This document shows positions 12,851 through 24,594 of a DNA stretch of 64,000 nt, in pieces. Position 1 is the first letter of the stretch. Each line of letters begins with the position of its first letter. The DNA is from Naegleria gruberi (Eukaryota), in the NCBI GenBank assembly GCA_000004985.1, contig GG738886.1, one strand, 5' to 3'. The notes below the pieces were generated by a model that saw only the letters and a list, made by a program, of their open reading frames with translations, was not told the DNA's origin and searched no databases. Position numbers and translations under genes: made by a program.

Positions 12851-13181
12851 TTTTTTTATATTATTTTAATTTTAAAAAAGAGACGTTGAAATCGCGACTC
12901 ATCATTCCATCTATTTAATTTATTATTAAATCGACTCTATGAACATGGTCACGTTTCAATGTTTTACAACTGTATTACATTATGGTCATTTCAAGTTTGT
13001 TGAAAATAATCCATTCATAAAATCATTAAGATGATCATAAATAACTTGCTTCTAGACAATCCCAATTAGTGCCACATTAATAAACCCTTCAAGGAAGATT
13101 CATCAAAGGTTGCCCCACCCAATTTGAACAATGTAATTACATTCCTCCAAACAACATCATCATTAACATTATATTGAAAAA

Positions 13182-14469
13182 ATGTTTCCACAACAGTCAC
13201 ACAAACTCATACTCCTATTGTCTTGCTGTTGCAGTCTCCTATGGTTGGGATCATGTGTTGAGGGTGTCCTATTCGAGGCCACTTCACCTCTCTTTACCTA
13301 TCGACATGGCAGATACTTGAGGGAGAAGGATGCAATTCTATTTGATTGGAGTGGAATGATTATATCAACCCAATTTGTCTATAAACAGGATGTGAATGCA
13401 ACGATGAACATTTTGAATGCAATGGTTCATTTCAAGAGTCATCGACATACTTATAATGTCTACTTGTGGAGATTGAATGAAAATAATGAAAGAGTTAAAT
13501 TGCTTCAACATTCCTTGCTGGCTTGTAATTTGACAGCAGAACACTTTGAGGTGAATTTTAATTGGCCAAAGGATACGATGAGTCAATCCTATACTATTCA
13601 AATGGAATTGGAAAAGAGAACAGAGCCACATCTTGGTATTGTCTCCTTTTATGGAATAACCTTCACTCAAGCTGTTGCACCAGTCTCAATATCGAACACT
13701 GTCAAGAGAGCTAATGATTTGAAGATTGAATTTATTGGAGATTCAATTACTTGTGGGTAACTATTTCTATATATTTAAAGGATTATTAAGCAACCTATTT
13801 ATATAGATATGGTAATTTAGGTAAGCCTCCATGTGGATTTAGTCCTCTTACTGAGGATGTTCACGAGAGTTTTGTTGAAAAAACTGCAAGATATCTGAAT
13901 GCATCTGATATTCATGTTCAATGCTGGAGTGGCAAGGGAATGGTCAGAAATCATGGTGATAAGAATACCACAAGTGCTGAACCATTCTCAACCTATTACC
14001 CAAGAACATTGGCCAATGATCCAAATATTTTATGGAATTTCCAAAAGATATTTGTTCCTGATATTGTTGTCATTACATTGGGAACCAATGATTTCAGTAC
14101 AGCTCCAAGACCTTCATACGAAGAGTTCAGTGGGGCCTATCAAAAATTCCTTGACTATGTCTTTTCACAGTATGCTCCAGTTAAGGGACCTTCTTTCAAA
14201 GTTGTAATGGTTGTAAGTTTTTTTTGATTCATATTTAGAATTAATGATTGTAGAGTCTTGTAACTTTTGGAAATTATGGAGATTACATCCAACAAGTTGC
14301 TGAGAGACAACAAGGTTATGGAAAGAATCTATTCTTTGCAAACTTGAGAGATTTATTACGTAATTTCACACCTGAAGATAAGGGATGTGGAATTCACCCA
14401 AGTGTTGCTGGAGATGAAAAGATGGCCAAAATGTTGAGTGCTTTCATTTCCCAAAAAGTAATAAACTAG
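13182..14469 (+). CDS. Secreted SGNH/GDSL hydrolase (CE2-like, N-terminal beta-sandwich); join(13182..13752,13821..14212,14254..14469)
   Basis: Signal-peptide-like N-terminus LILLLSCCCSLLWLGSCVEG. SGNH blocks: block I FIGDSITC, block III ITLGTNDF, block V GIHPSVAGDEKMA. Two introns (68 and 41 nt) give in-frame junctions: ...GDSITC|KPPCGF and ...KVVMV|SLVTFGNYG. Confidence 0.65.
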
Positions 14470-14549
14470 TTCTTTAAATAGTACTTAAACTAACTAACAT
14501 TCTTTGTTTCCTTGACTTGAAAACTCTTATTTGAAATATTTTAAATGAT

Positions 14550-17411
14550 TTATTTCTTAGATTTAATCATAGACTTGAGTTTTTGTTCTTCAGGAGTTTC
14601 TTCAGATTTAGGTTCTTCCTTTGGAAGGTTCTTCTTTCTTTCCTTTTCTTCCTCAATGATATTTCTCTTTGGTTTTGTGAAACTGGCCAAATAATTCAAA
14701 GTGTTTTGATTTTGTTGAGTGAGATAGGAGAGTGTGGCCATCTTTTGTTGCAAAACTCTGACCAGAGATCTAAAGTTTGCTCCATGAGAAGTTCCAGTCA
14801 GTTTTCTTTGAGCTAACACTGACTTGAGCCAAACCATACAGAATTGAATTCTCGTAGAATCATTAGTTTCCCTCGAGAGGAATTGCAAAAATCTATCAAG
14901 GTAATTATCTGGAATAGATCTGACAATTAAAGGAACTGAATCAACTGGTATAGCATTGAAAACTTTGACCAAAATGGAAGGTTCGTTCAATCTGATGGAA
15001 TTGATAAAAGCTTCAGTGTAGCTTTCTTCTTCCAAAAGTTTCATGATCGATTCTGGAGTTATAGATGGATCAATATCCAATGGTTGGAATGAACCTTCCT
15101 TAGAAGCATTACTGAAAATCAAAATACCTTCATTTGGAGAAACAATGGAAAACTCGGAATTAGTTGGACTGACACAAATTCTATCAACTTGAATATTTGG
15201 TTTGAGTTCCAATTGGTTACCTGGAATTGTTTGTTCACCAATCTTTTTACTCTTATTACCACTCTTTCTTGTATCCTTTCTGTCATCTCTAATCTTCTTA
15301 ATGAGAGGATTCAACAAATCCATATCGAACATTCCTTCGAGAGACATGTTGAAACTGACAATAAATCTCTTAATCAAAACCTTTTGTTTAACATTATACA
15401 TGCAAACAAATGGTTGGAATTTACCTCCACAGAGAACATGTTGACCATCTCCAGTATATGAAATACAGGAGAAGTAATCACCATTAGGATTGGTAAACAG
15501 TGTTTGAATATCTCTCTTACAATCAATGTATCCAAGTGATTTAACGTTCAAAATATCAAAGAATTGAACTTCACCATTCATAACAACAGCTGCAAGTTCA
15601 GCACCATCAGTTGGTCTGACAGCAACATCCAAAATTTCAGATGAAAATTCTATTGGTTCAGCAGCTTGTTTAGAACCAAAAATATTCCACAGTTTACATG
15701 ATTTATCCCAAGAGCTTGAAATGAGTGTCGATTCGTTGGCAATTGTAAATTGGAGGCGAGTAACTGGAGCAGTGTGAGATTTGATAACTTCAAGTAATTG
15801 ATTTGTTTGAACGTTCCACATGTAAATGTTATAAGATGTAGAACCAGAAGCAATAACAATTTCACCACTAGGATCAACTGTTAAGCATGAAAAACCTTCA
15901 GCATCAACACTGGTAAACATTCTAAATTGTTTGTATCTGAGAACGTCAAAGGCACGAACAGTACCATCAAGACTGCTAGTATATAAGGCAGCATCTCTTG
16001 ATCCAGGAGGTCTACTGAATATCATTCCAGTTATTGGACCAGAGTGAGCATTTGGTAAATTGCAAAAACATTGATTATTCTCGGTTGAGTATACTTTGAT
16101 TGTTCCTTGATAGTCACCACTGGCTAAGAGTTGACCATTTTCATTGTAGCATGATGTTGTAATTTGTGAAGAGTGGTTGGATTGGTTATAAATAAATGTT
16201 TCACTTTCATAATCAAATACAGCAAGTTGATTTTCCTTAGAGAATGCAATCCATGTACTGTTTGGTAATGTAATATCTGTCTTGATATCTGTATCTTCAT
16301 CTTCTTCTCTAACAGTTATGGATGGTGTTGATTGATTATTCTTGACCATTTGTTCAATAGTGGAAGATGATGTTAAAAATTGAATGCCATCAATATTGTG
16401 TGGCTTTCCCAATCTGTAAATAATTTGATCATTTTCAATATCATAAATTTCAAAACATCCAGCATGACCAATTCCATAAACAAGTAAATTTGATGTTGGA
16501 TGATAACTACAACACTTGATTCTCATTTTACCATCACCTCTATTTTGCTTATTCTTCTTTGAAGCATCAGTCTTGGAAGTTAAATCAACCTTCTTAATAA
16601 TTTGCCATTGCTTCTTTGCAGAGTTAAAAGACCAGTGAAGGAAACAACCTTTAGCATCAAGTGAATAAATTTGACCTGGATTTTTCTTTCTATGTTGCTT
16701 GTTAAAAACGAAAAAGCATCCAACAATTTCATCCTTATTACCAGATAATATATGATGATTTGAGAAAAGATCCACCATTTCAACTCCACTTTGTTCTAAA
16801 TCTAATTTGTAAACATGTACAATACCATCATTGGTTCCGACTGCAATAAACTTTGAATCAATCCAATCTGCACAAGTATGACAAACAGCTTCCTTAACAT
16901 CACCCAATTTGATTGGTCTAGAAGAAGTCTGATGAAGCATTGAATTATCTTGATTGTTCATTACTGCTGATTGGAATTTGTAAATTGAACATTTAGATCC
17001 TAGGAAACAAACCAAATCCCCATTTGGTGATGGTACAACACTATCTACACGAGGTTCTAAAAACTTGTCGAATTTTGACAGAATAATTCCTTTAGGATAA
17101 CTCAACAATGTAAGTGTACCATCTTGAGAGACTGTACAAACTGCTCTATTGTTATGAAGTAAGCAAAATGATTGAATATTATACTTGTGTCCATAGAAAC
17201 TTGTTTTACTAGAATTTGAAGCAAAATCCACCGAAGTAATACGATTTCCTACAGGTGAAAGTAATTTTTGTCCGTCCAATGTAAAACATATTCTATTCTT
17301 ATTATTTGTGTCATCTTCATTCTCGGTCGTGTATACTTTACCGAGGAGAGAATTGAAATAAAAATCAGTTCCGCTCGAGACTGAAACTGCTGTTGATGTT
17401 GTTGTTAACAT
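14550..17411 (-). CDS. WD40-repeat protein, PWP2/UTP1-like (SSU processome), single exon 953 aa
   Basis: Multiple WD repeats (e.g. SSSWDKSCKLWNIFGS, IYMWNVQTNQLLEVIKSHTAPVTRLQF) and a C-terminal Utp12-like region (PLIVRSIPDNYLDRFLQFLSRETNDSTRIQFCMVWLKSVL). Size and architecture fit PWP2. Confidence 0.6.
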   Translation of the reverse strand: MLTTTSTAVSVSSGTDFYFNSLLGKVYTTENEDDTNNKNRICFTLDGQKLLSPVGNRITSVDFASNSSKTSFYGHKYNIQSFCLLHNNRAVCTVSQDGTLTLLSYPKGIILSKFDKFLEPRVDSVVPSPNGDLVCFLGSKCSIYKFQSAVMNNQDNSMLHQTSSRPIKLGDVKEAVCHTCADWIDSKFIAVGTNDGIVHVYKLDLEQSGVEMVDLFSNHHILSGNKDEIVGCFFVFNKQHRKKNPGQIYSLDAKGCFLHWSFNSAKKQWQIIKKVDLTSKTDASKKNKQNRGDGKMRIKCCSYHPTSNLLVYGIGHAGCFEIYDIENDQIIYRLGKPHNIDGIQFLTSSSTIEQMVKNNQSTPSITVREEDEDTDIKTDITLPNSTWIAFSKENQLAVFDYESETFIYNQSNHSSQITTSCYNENGQLLASGDYQGTIKVYSTENNQCFCNLPNAHSGPITGMIFSRPPGSRDAALYTSSLDGTVRAFDVLRYKQFRMFTSVDAEGFSCLTVDPSGEIVIASGSTSYNIYMWNVQTNQLLEVIKSHTAPVTRLQFTIANESTLISSSWDKSCKLWNIFGSKQAAEPIEFSSEILDVAVRPTDGAELAAVVMNGEVQFFDILNVKSLGYIDCKRDIQTLFTNPNGDYFSCISYTGDGQHVLCGGKFQPFVCMYNVKQKVLIKRFIVSFNMSLEGMFDMDLLNPLIKKIRDDRKDTRKSGNKSKKIGEQTIPGNQLELKPNIQVDRICVSPTNSEFSIVSPNEGILIFSNASKEGSFQPLDIDPSITPESIMKLLEEESYTEAFINSIRLNEPSILVKVFNAIPVDSVPLIVRSIPDNYLDRFLQFLSRETNDSTRIQFCMVWLKSVLAQRKLTGTSHGANFRSLVRVLQQKMATLSYLTQQNQNTLNYLASFTKPKRNIIEEEKERKKNLPKEEPKSEETPEEQKLKSMIKSKK

Positions 17412-17742
17412 TTTTTTTGAACACGCAAATTTTATGTTTTTTTCAAATTATTTGAAATTGTTGAACAACAATAGATTCGATATCAGAACAGAACCACCAC
17501 ACTTGTTTCTTGAATAATGATCGTGAGAGAGAAGCAATTATCGGAGTGTTGGTTTCATGATATTGAAGAATAGATATTAAAGTTAATAAACACTTCATGA
17601 ATTTTCATATTTATTTTTGTATCATCACGTGAATATTTCATGAGTTTCTCAAAGTAGTACTAATAGGGCAATCAGCAAGTTGTTGCTACTGAAATAAATT
17701 ATATCTTCTTCTTTTAATTTTTACAATAATAATAATAATAAA

Positions 17743-17964
17743 TTATTCGTAATATAATTCAAGTCCACTTCCATCACTAATTTCATAGTCATCAATGGTA
17801 ATGTCGTCCTTCAAGACTTGATTCCACCTCTGGAATCTAATCTTTTCAGGTTTGGTACCAATTTGTGCAGCAGTTAATTTCTTCAAGTCTCCGATGGTGT
17901 CGTCTTCATTACACTTGACTCTGATCTTTTTACCTAAACGATCGTTCAATACAACTTCAATCAT
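17743..17964 (-). CDS. UBL5: Ubiquitin-like protein 5 (Hub1/UBL5), 73 aa
   Basis: [73 protein letters not shown] is near-colinear with Hub1/UBL5 (MIEVV.NDRLGKK.RVKC...LELYY), with the same length and no C-terminal GG. Confidence 0.9.
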   Translation of the reverse strand: MIEVVLNDRLGKKIRVKCNEDDTIGDLKKLTAAQIGTKPEKIRFQRWNQVLKDDITIDDYEISDGSGLELYYE

Positions 17965-18081
17965 ATTTTTTTTTAAATTGTAAATTTAATTTTCAATTCT
18001 TGAACCTGTTGCAATACTATTAAATAGTAATAATAATAAATACTCTATTTAAATTGTAAAATATTATACCAATAATAATTA

Positions 18082-18717
18082 TTGATTATGATAATGGCCA
18101 ACAAAAAGTGTCATCCATCCAGACAGAAAAAAATGTTTAAAAAACAAACCTTGTGCTGCTTGCTCTTGTTAGCAACACTCTTCTTGCTCTCAACCTTCCT
18201 TTCAACTCCAATTAATTGTCAAGAACAGAGTGATGATAACTCCTCCGAATCACCATTCTCCAATCAATATGATTACTATCAAGTTTTGGGAATTTCACAA
18301 AATGCAACCACACAAGAAATCAAGGCTGCCTATAGAAAGCTCGTCATGAAGTATCATCCAGACAAACACAGAAACAAATCAATGGAAGAACAGGAAAAGA
18401 TAAATCAAACTTATCAGAAAATTGCTCAAGCCTACGAAGTACTTTCAAATCCAGAGCAAAGACAGCAATATGATGCATTCAAGGATTTTGCAGAGTCAAT
18501 TGGATTGGATGAAGCTTTCATTGAAATGTTGGTCTATCTTTTGATTGGAAGTGGATACTTATTGTTGGCTGTCATTGTTTTAATTTTGATTATTATTGTA
18601 TTGCTTGTTTCGATTAGTTGTTATTGCATTTGTAAATGTTGTTGCTGTAGAAGTAGTGGCAGTAGTGAAAAATCCAAGAGTGAAAAGAAACATTCAAAGA
18701 AGGAAAAACAACATTAA
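18082..18717 (+). CDS. J-domain (DnaJ) membrane protein with Cys-rich C-terminus
   Basis: J domain DYYQVLGISQNATTQEIKAAYRKLVMKYHPDKH. Hydrophobic N-terminal signal/anchor, a C-terminal TM segment (LLAVIVLILIIIVLLVSI) and a CYCICKCCCC cluster. Confidence 0.7.
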   Translation: MIMIMANKKCHPSRQKKMFKKQTLCCLLLLATLFLLSTFLSTPINCQEQSDDNSSESPFSNQYDYYQVLGISQNATTQEIKAAYRKLVMKYHPDKHRNKSMEEQEKINQTYQKIAQAYEVLSNPEQRQQYDAFKDFAESIGLDEAFIEMLVYLLIGSGYLLLAVIVLILIIIVLLVSISCYCICKCCCCRSSGSSEKSKSEKKHSKKEKQH

Positions 18718-19075
18718 TTGGAATTATTATAAATTAATTTATTGGACTAAATGTAACTAAATGTATGTGGTTATTTCGAGTGCACTGATGAAGTGAGATA
18801 TCAAAAGTTATTATTACACAAAACATATGGAGAATATTACCTAATATGGCCCAAGGTTGAGGGAATCTTTCAATTCTTTGAATTGATACATTTCATGTGG
18901 AATGTTGCATTCAAATAATGATACAATTCGGAAAACCAAATTTAATTTGTAATTAGATATTTAGGTGTTTTTATTGATTCAGCAAGAACCCTTAGTTAAT
19001 GTACAGGTTTTAGGGTTGTATTATTGTTGATTTTCGTATTGTTGGTAAGAAAGTGTTGTCTTTCCTATCATTAAC

Positions 19076-19727
19076 TTATTCTTGTGGTTGTTGAGGAATA
19101 GAGACTTCATAATTCTTAATATCATCCATGGCTTGGTTTCTGTGATAATCCTTATCAATGTTTTCAGCCTTCAAGAACCTACAAAGCTTCTTATCCGTAA
19201 TACAAATGTGTGTAATCAACCAGTCAGACAAAAACATAAGAGCTTCCATCGCAAATCTAGAATTGTGAGTTTCTTCAACCTTTGATTTCAGGGAGAAGAT
19301 CTTTGAAATGAATTTTCTGTGAGTTTCCTTATGGTTGTCTTTAACGCTTGCTTCATAAGCAATACATCTGTCCATCAAGGACTCTTCTTCTTTAAAGTGG
19401 AAGTCAGTGTAGATAGCAAGTCTTTCAAAAACTTCCAGAATGAGGTCCATATCACCCATATTGATAGCGTGGTTAAGTTTGTTGATAAGGATGACTAAGA
19501 CTTTGTGTTGTTCGTCAATCATGTTAACTCCTAACTTGTATTCTTGATCACTCCAAGGAATAAGAACCTTGCCGGTAAGGAATTCGTCTAATAAAATGTT
19601 TAACAAGAATAAAAAGTAACTTCTACTTACCATCAGAGTGTGGTTGAGCACCTTTTCCTCCCTTATTCTTCTCTGTATCTTGGTCTGAAGATTGTTTATT
19701 ACCCATGCATGAAGCTGATCCGCCCAT
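19076..19727 (-). CDS. Hemerythrin-like protein with N-terminal myristoylation motif; join(19727..19631,19587..19076)
   Basis: Hemerythrin HHE metal-ligand pattern: IDEQHKVLV, HFKEEE, H..H..F and the spacing downstream. Exon 1 (MGGSASCMGNKQSSDQDTEKNKGGKGAQPHSD) is joined to exon 2 through a 43-nt GTAAGT..TAG intron (19588..19630). Confidence 0.7.
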
Positions 19728-20541
19728 TTTTATTATTGTTGTTTTGTTTCAAATTGTAGTTTTTTAATTTTAATTGAGAGAGAAAAACTACTGCCAACAT
19801 TTGTAACCGATTTTAGGCGGCAAACAAAATTCAACAATAAAACATAACGGCAGCCTGCATAAGTTAAGTTCCGTTATTGTGAACATTAAAGCGCGTTCAG
19901 GGCGTTTTACCTTTTTCTCCAAATAAGGCCATTTTTAGACCTGTTTTTAAGGTGGGATATTAAATATCTCCAGTGAATATCAGTAAGCTTGCCAGTTCGA
20001 GTAGCAGTATTATAATAGAATTTACAATTCATTAAGGAACTATCCAGTAAGTGTGGTTATTAATATTCGTTAAGTGATACAACTGTTAATTCACCAATGT
20101 TCAATATAATACATTGTTTGTGTCCAAACATCAAACTCTGTGGAAAACCAAAATTTGAGATCTATGTATAAGGAGCCAATAAATATCATACTCTGTGTTA
20201 AACAAAGCTAAACAATGAGTTGCTTTTTGGGTCTCCCTTAATTGGTAGGACCGATTTGCAAAAAAGGAGCTACATCAATTATAAACGTCTGATTGTTGAT
20301 GTCGTAACCTTAATATATTACTCAGTACATAGTGTAATGTTAGTGTTATTGCATTGTTGCATGAGGGAGTCGAGTTATCAATTTTGGTAGTTACGAGTTT
20401 TCTCCAAATGAAGGTTTCCTTATTTCTAAACAAGTTTTCGTCCACAACAAGTTGGAGAATTAGCTTGAATCCCATTTTAACTCAATTGAACGATAAGGCA
20501 ATCCAAGCAAAATGGTTCTGAAATGACTCTCTAATTAAACT

Positions 20542-21663
20542 TTAAATCTTTGTTTCTACCATAACCACTCTTTCATATCCAGACAAATCTTTAGCTGTTC
20601 CTAAGAATTGAAGACTTGATCTGCTATTGATAATTCTTTCTCTCAATGAATTAGCTTGGTCATAGCCAACCTCCATTACGCAATGACCATTCAGATTATA
20701 CTTGCTAGAGAGTACATTATCCACAAGTAGGTAATTGTAAAAATCAAATCCATCCAATCCTCCATCGAGTGCCATGTGTGGTTCGTGTGTTGAGACATCC
20801 TTATCAAGTTCATTTTGCACAACATTGGTTGGAATGTATGGAGGATTACTAATGATGAGATCCATCTCCAAATCCTTATGAATCCAATCATCATCTTTGA
20901 AAATGTCGTGCTGGATAAACTCTAATTCTTTCAAATCTTTTCCTGCCAATTCCATATATTTTGGAATGAGATTTTGTGCATTTAACGTGGCAACTTTTAA
21001 AGCTCCCTCACTCTTATCAATACCAAATGCCCTCACTTTTTGAAGGCCAATTTTTTCCAATTCCAATAAGAGAGTAATCAAGAGACAACCACTCCCAACT
21101 CCAATTTCCATAATTCTCAAAGGTCTATCAAGTTGAGACAAATTTGTCACACCGTTTCTTTTCAAAATGAGTGGAACAATTTGATTGAGTGTTGTTTCAA
21201 TTAATACTTCTGAATCAACTCTTGGAATTAAAACTCTTGAATCAACATTAAAATTCCTCCCAAAAAAGTCTACATTTCCAACAATATATTCCATTGGTTC
21301 ATAATTACATCTTCTCTTGATAAATTCCTGAAATTTTAAATACTCATCATTGGATACTTTTCGTTCTCGTTTTAATTGATTATATAATTCCATAGGTGTT
21401 CTTTTCAATGATGGACAAAGGGTGTGAAATAATAATTGGCGAGCTTCTCCCTCTGCATCATGTTCAATGTGTTTAAATTGAAGTGAGTTCCGAAGTTGAT
21501 TTTCTCCAAACTCCAAAGCACTTTTAACATTTACATTTGAAAGATTAGATTGATGATGGAAGTAGCGAAATGTCAAACTATTCCGAATATTTGTTAGTGG
21601 TGATGACATGGATTTAACTTGGTTGGCAATAGTGTGGTTACACCAATAAACAACTTGTTTCAT
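20542..21663 (-). CDS. HemK/PrmC-family N5-glutamine methyltransferase (MTQ1-like)
   Basis: Catalytic NPPY motif (LIISNPPYIP) and the SAM-binding region MEIGVGSGCLLITLL. The architecture matches release-factor glutamine methyltransferases. Confidence 0.75.
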   Translation of the reverse strand: MKQVVYWCNHTIANQVKSMSSPLTNIRNSLTFRYFHHQSNLSNVNVKSALEFGENQLRNSLQFKHIEHDAEGEARQLLFHTLCPSLKRTPMELYNQLKRERKVSNDEYLKFQEFIKRRCNYEPMEYIVGNVDFFGRNFNVDSRVLIPRVDSEVLIETTLNQIVPLILKRNGVTNLSQLDRPLRIMEIGVGSGCLLITLLLELEKIGLQKVRAFGIDKSEGALKVATLNAQNLIPKYMELAGKDLKELEFIQHDIFKDDDWIHKDLEMDLIISNPPYIPTNVVQNELDKDVSTHEPHMALDGGLDGFDFYNYLLVDNVLSSKYNLNGHCVMEVGYDQANSLRERIINSRSSLQFLGTAKDLSGYERVVMVETKI

Positions 21664-21751
21664 TTTTTTTATTTTACAATTTAATTGAGATTATCTATTC
21701 ACATGAAAGATGGCAAGTTGTAAATGTGCATTGGGACGGATAACAGGCCAA

Positions 21752-22777
21752 TTACTTTCTTTCACCAAACTTGGAGTGACCTGTCTTTTTGGCGTGAAGA
21801 GTAGCCTCTTTTTCTCCCTTAATAAATTCACCACATTGAAGACATTTCAGCGTGAAAGTGGCAGTGTCAGTAAATTGATGTTGATTGTGGAGTTGTTTTA
21901 CAAGTTCAAGGGCTTTTGTAGAGGAAATGTCATCATCTGCTGGCAGGATTGTAATGTCCAATTCTTCTGGACCTTGTGGAACTGGATTAATGGCCAATGC
22001 ATCATAGTGAATACCATCATAGAGGAGAAGAATTTTCCCCTTAATTAATGGATCTCCTTCGCCATAGACATCTCTTCTATTCGATGTCACATCAAAACTG
22101 TCCACACGAATATTGTAAAATTGAGACAAGATCATAATTTCCAAACTTCCACCCCAGCTATTATCTTTCATAATCCATTCACAGTAAGCCTTTGGACTTT
22201 GTCCCAAAATTGCTTCATTGAATTGGATAGGGTCGTTCAAAATCCAATCTCTAATGACTCTTCTCAATGCAGGAGCTCTCTTCTTTTTCCTTGATTCACA
22301 TCCTTCCAAACAATATGCAAATGCATTGAAAAGACAAGAATTGTCACTGTCTATTACTCTTTTGATAACAACACTCTCAGCAATAAGTGTCGAATCATCT
22401 GTTCCAACTGAATGTGGTCTTGGAGGCACATCAGAATATGATTCAGGCTTGATAATCTTGTAGCTTGATGGAGTTATATCATCATCTTCCACTACTATTG
22501 GTTGAGAATTATTTACAATAGAGGCATATTCACTAGTCTCCTCAACAATAAGTGATTCACCAGATTTTACTCCAATATCACTCAACTTTTTTGCATTGAA
22601 TTCCGATTGATTTTGTTGGCCAGCAATTTCTTGTGGAGGAAATCCCATCTTTAATTTTTGTTTTGATGGCTCGATTTTACTCTCTTTTTGTATTTGTTGT
22701 TTGAGCCAATCAACAGTGGAGGAAAAATCAACTCCTCTTAGGGCCATCTGAGAGGCTGGTAGTCTAATTCGAATCAT
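21752..22777 (-). CDS. OTU-domain deubiquitinase OTU1/YOD1-like (UBX-like N-terminus, OTU core, C-terminal C2H2 zinc finger)
   Basis: N-terminal ubiquitin-like fold MIRIRLPASQMALRGVDFSSTVDWLKQQIQ. OTU catalytic Cys box DNSCLFNAFAYCLEG. C-terminal C2H2 zinc finger CLQCGEFIKGEKEATLHAKKTGH. Confidence 0.8.
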   Translation of the reverse strand: MIRIRLPASQMALRGVDFSSTVDWLKQQIQKESKIEPSKQKLKMGFPPQEIAGQQNQSEFNAKKLSDIGVKSGESLIVEETSEYASIVNNSQPIVVEDDDITPSSYKIIKPESYSDVPPRPHSVGTDDSTLIAESVVIKRVIDSDNSCLFNAFAYCLEGCESRKKKRAPALRRVIRDWILNDPIQFNEAILGQSPKAYCEWIMKDNSWGGSLEIMILSQFYNIRVDSFDVTSNRRDVYGEGDPLIKGKILLLYDGIHYDALAINPVPQGPEELDITILPADDDISSTKALELVKQLHNQHQFTDTATFTLKCLQCGEFIKGEKEATLHAKKTGHSKFGERK

Positions 22778-22882
22778 TTTTTTGTGTTTTAAAAATAGAT
22801 GATAAATCCATAAAAAGTTGCTTCTTTACAAAATATTATTCAAATTAAAGATGAACATGTGACAATTGTTTTTGAATCCTAT

Positions 22883-23857
22883 TTATTGTTTTTTCTTTTT
22901 TAATCCAATTCGCAATTCAAAATCATCAATCTCTCTCATTTGTTTGTCTGGATTAAAGAGATCTGTTTTCCGATGTTGCTCATGAATTCTTTCAATCTTT
23001 CGTTGCTCCTTTTCTTCAGCCAAAATTTCCTTTTCAAATTCCTTGTGGTCATGTAAATTTCTCAACAGTTTGACTGTACTCTTGTGACTTGAGCTGTTAC
23101 TGAAAGTTGTGACAAAGGTGGAGCTTGTTTTTGTAGAGGACAGAGTTGCAGATTTGTTACCTAACCTCGAACTTTGTGGTCTTGAACTACTTGGACGAGG
23201 TATTGTGGATCTAGGGGTTGGGGGAATGCTCATTGAACTCTCTGATTTTGTAAAGGTGAGTCTGGCACTAGAGGAAGGTGTTGGTGATCTGGAGGTTGAG
23301 GTTGGTCTTGCATAGCTTGGAGTGCTGCTGTTTTGTTGAACTGGTCTACTTTCATTGTACAATTCTCTGGCACTCTCCAAACAATCGCTCAGGGAAAATG
23401 GATGTTCAGAGTATTGATCTGCCAGAGAGTAGGGATAGTGTTTGAAATTCTTCTTTTTAAGGTTCTGATAATTTCCAAACGACGAGTAATTAGGGGAGTA
23501 AAAACCAGCCTTCTTTTCTGCTGGAATGTGTGTTATCTTCTCTAGTTGATGTTTTCTATTGGCTGATAAGGTACCAAGGAATGCAGTAAATGTTTCAGCT
23601 TGTTGATTTGATGTTGCATAGAGTTTGGAGGGAGATACTGATTGAGGAACGTGTCTTGCTTGGGTCTTCTTATGGAAAACAGTGGGAGAGGAAGATAACA
23701 CCTGTTGATAGTTTTTAGAGATATTATCTTTGCATCCGCTGGAAATATCTGTTTTTTGTCTTAGATTTGTTGTTAAACTATAGTGATAGCCTTCGGAAGC
23801 AAAAGCACTCGATTCTACATTTCTATTGAAATGTCTTGGTGATTCTACGAGAGCCAT
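22883..23857 (-). CDS. Hypothetical Ser/Pro/Thr-rich protein with basic coiled-coil C-terminus
   Basis: A long ORF with a low-complexity S/T/P-rich middle and a KEFEKEILAEEKEQRKIERIHEQHRK C-terminus. No recognised domain. Confidence 0.3.
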   Translation of the reverse strand: MALVESPRHFNRNVESSAFASEGYHYSLTTNLRQKTDISSGCKDNISKNYQQVLSSSPTVFHKKTQARHVPQSVSPSKLYATSNQQAETFTAFLGTLSANRKHQLEKITHIPAEKKAGFYSPNYSSFGNYQNLKKKNFKHYPYSLADQYSEHPFSLSDCLESARELYNESRPVQQNSSTPSYARPTSTSRSPTPSSSARLTFTKSESSMSIPPTPRSTIPRPSSSRPQSSRLGNKSATLSSTKTSSTFVTTFSNSSSHKSTVKLLRNLHDHKEFEKEILAEEKEQRKIERIHEQHRKTDLFNPDKQMREIDDFELRIGLKKKKQ

Positions 23858-24594
23858 TATTTACACTATTTACAGAAGAATAAATTATTGAGGTTTTTTG
23901 AGCTATTAATTACTAGAAGCACACAGGATTACTATTGTTGCTGTTGCTATTCTTGTTGTTGATTCAGCGATTGGCCTTGATTTGTGTAACGGCTAGAGAT
24001 TGAACAATCTCTATGACAGAAGCTGACTGAAACAAAAGAGTTCCAGTGGTTTGGAGTTTAAGGTTTTTTTTTTGAAAGGCCTATTCGTTCAAGCCAACGT
24101 TCCTTTTGTTGCTTCTACAAGTACATTAACCAACTCTAACTGACATCAAGATTTCATTCTTATTTATTTGAAAAAAGTAACCTTAGAGGGAAATATGCTC
24201 CAAACAAATAGTGGGTTCATTTGTTCCAACATCATGTTTCGGAAATGTCACCCCTGGCATGTGTCAATACCATTATGTAATAATATTACTACAGTAACAA
24301 CTTCATCGACAGAGCTATATCTCTGAGAATTAATATTTGGAAACCAATAGAGTTTATTGAAGTTAGCAAATAATAATAACATTGCCTCTACGGCAGTGAC
24401 GAGAAATAATCAATCAAACTTGACAATGAATGCAGCAGTGACACAAAACCCATTATCCTCTTCAAATACTCCAACCATTGTAATTCCTAATAATAATAAT
24501 AATAATATCATACAACAACAGGATCAATCATGAAAATTTAAAGTTAATAATTTGAGGTAAAAACCTTATTAAAATTTTCCAACTCGCCACGTTA

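Noticed and set aside
19740-20540. Relatively GC-richer 800-bp spacer upstream of the hemerythrin gene, considered as a snRNA or other ncRNA gene
   Set aside because: No U1, U2, U4, U5 or U6 conserved boxes (ACAGAGA, AGC triad, Sm site, U5 loop I) and no convincing stem-loop architecture were found. It is treated as a promoter or intergenic region.
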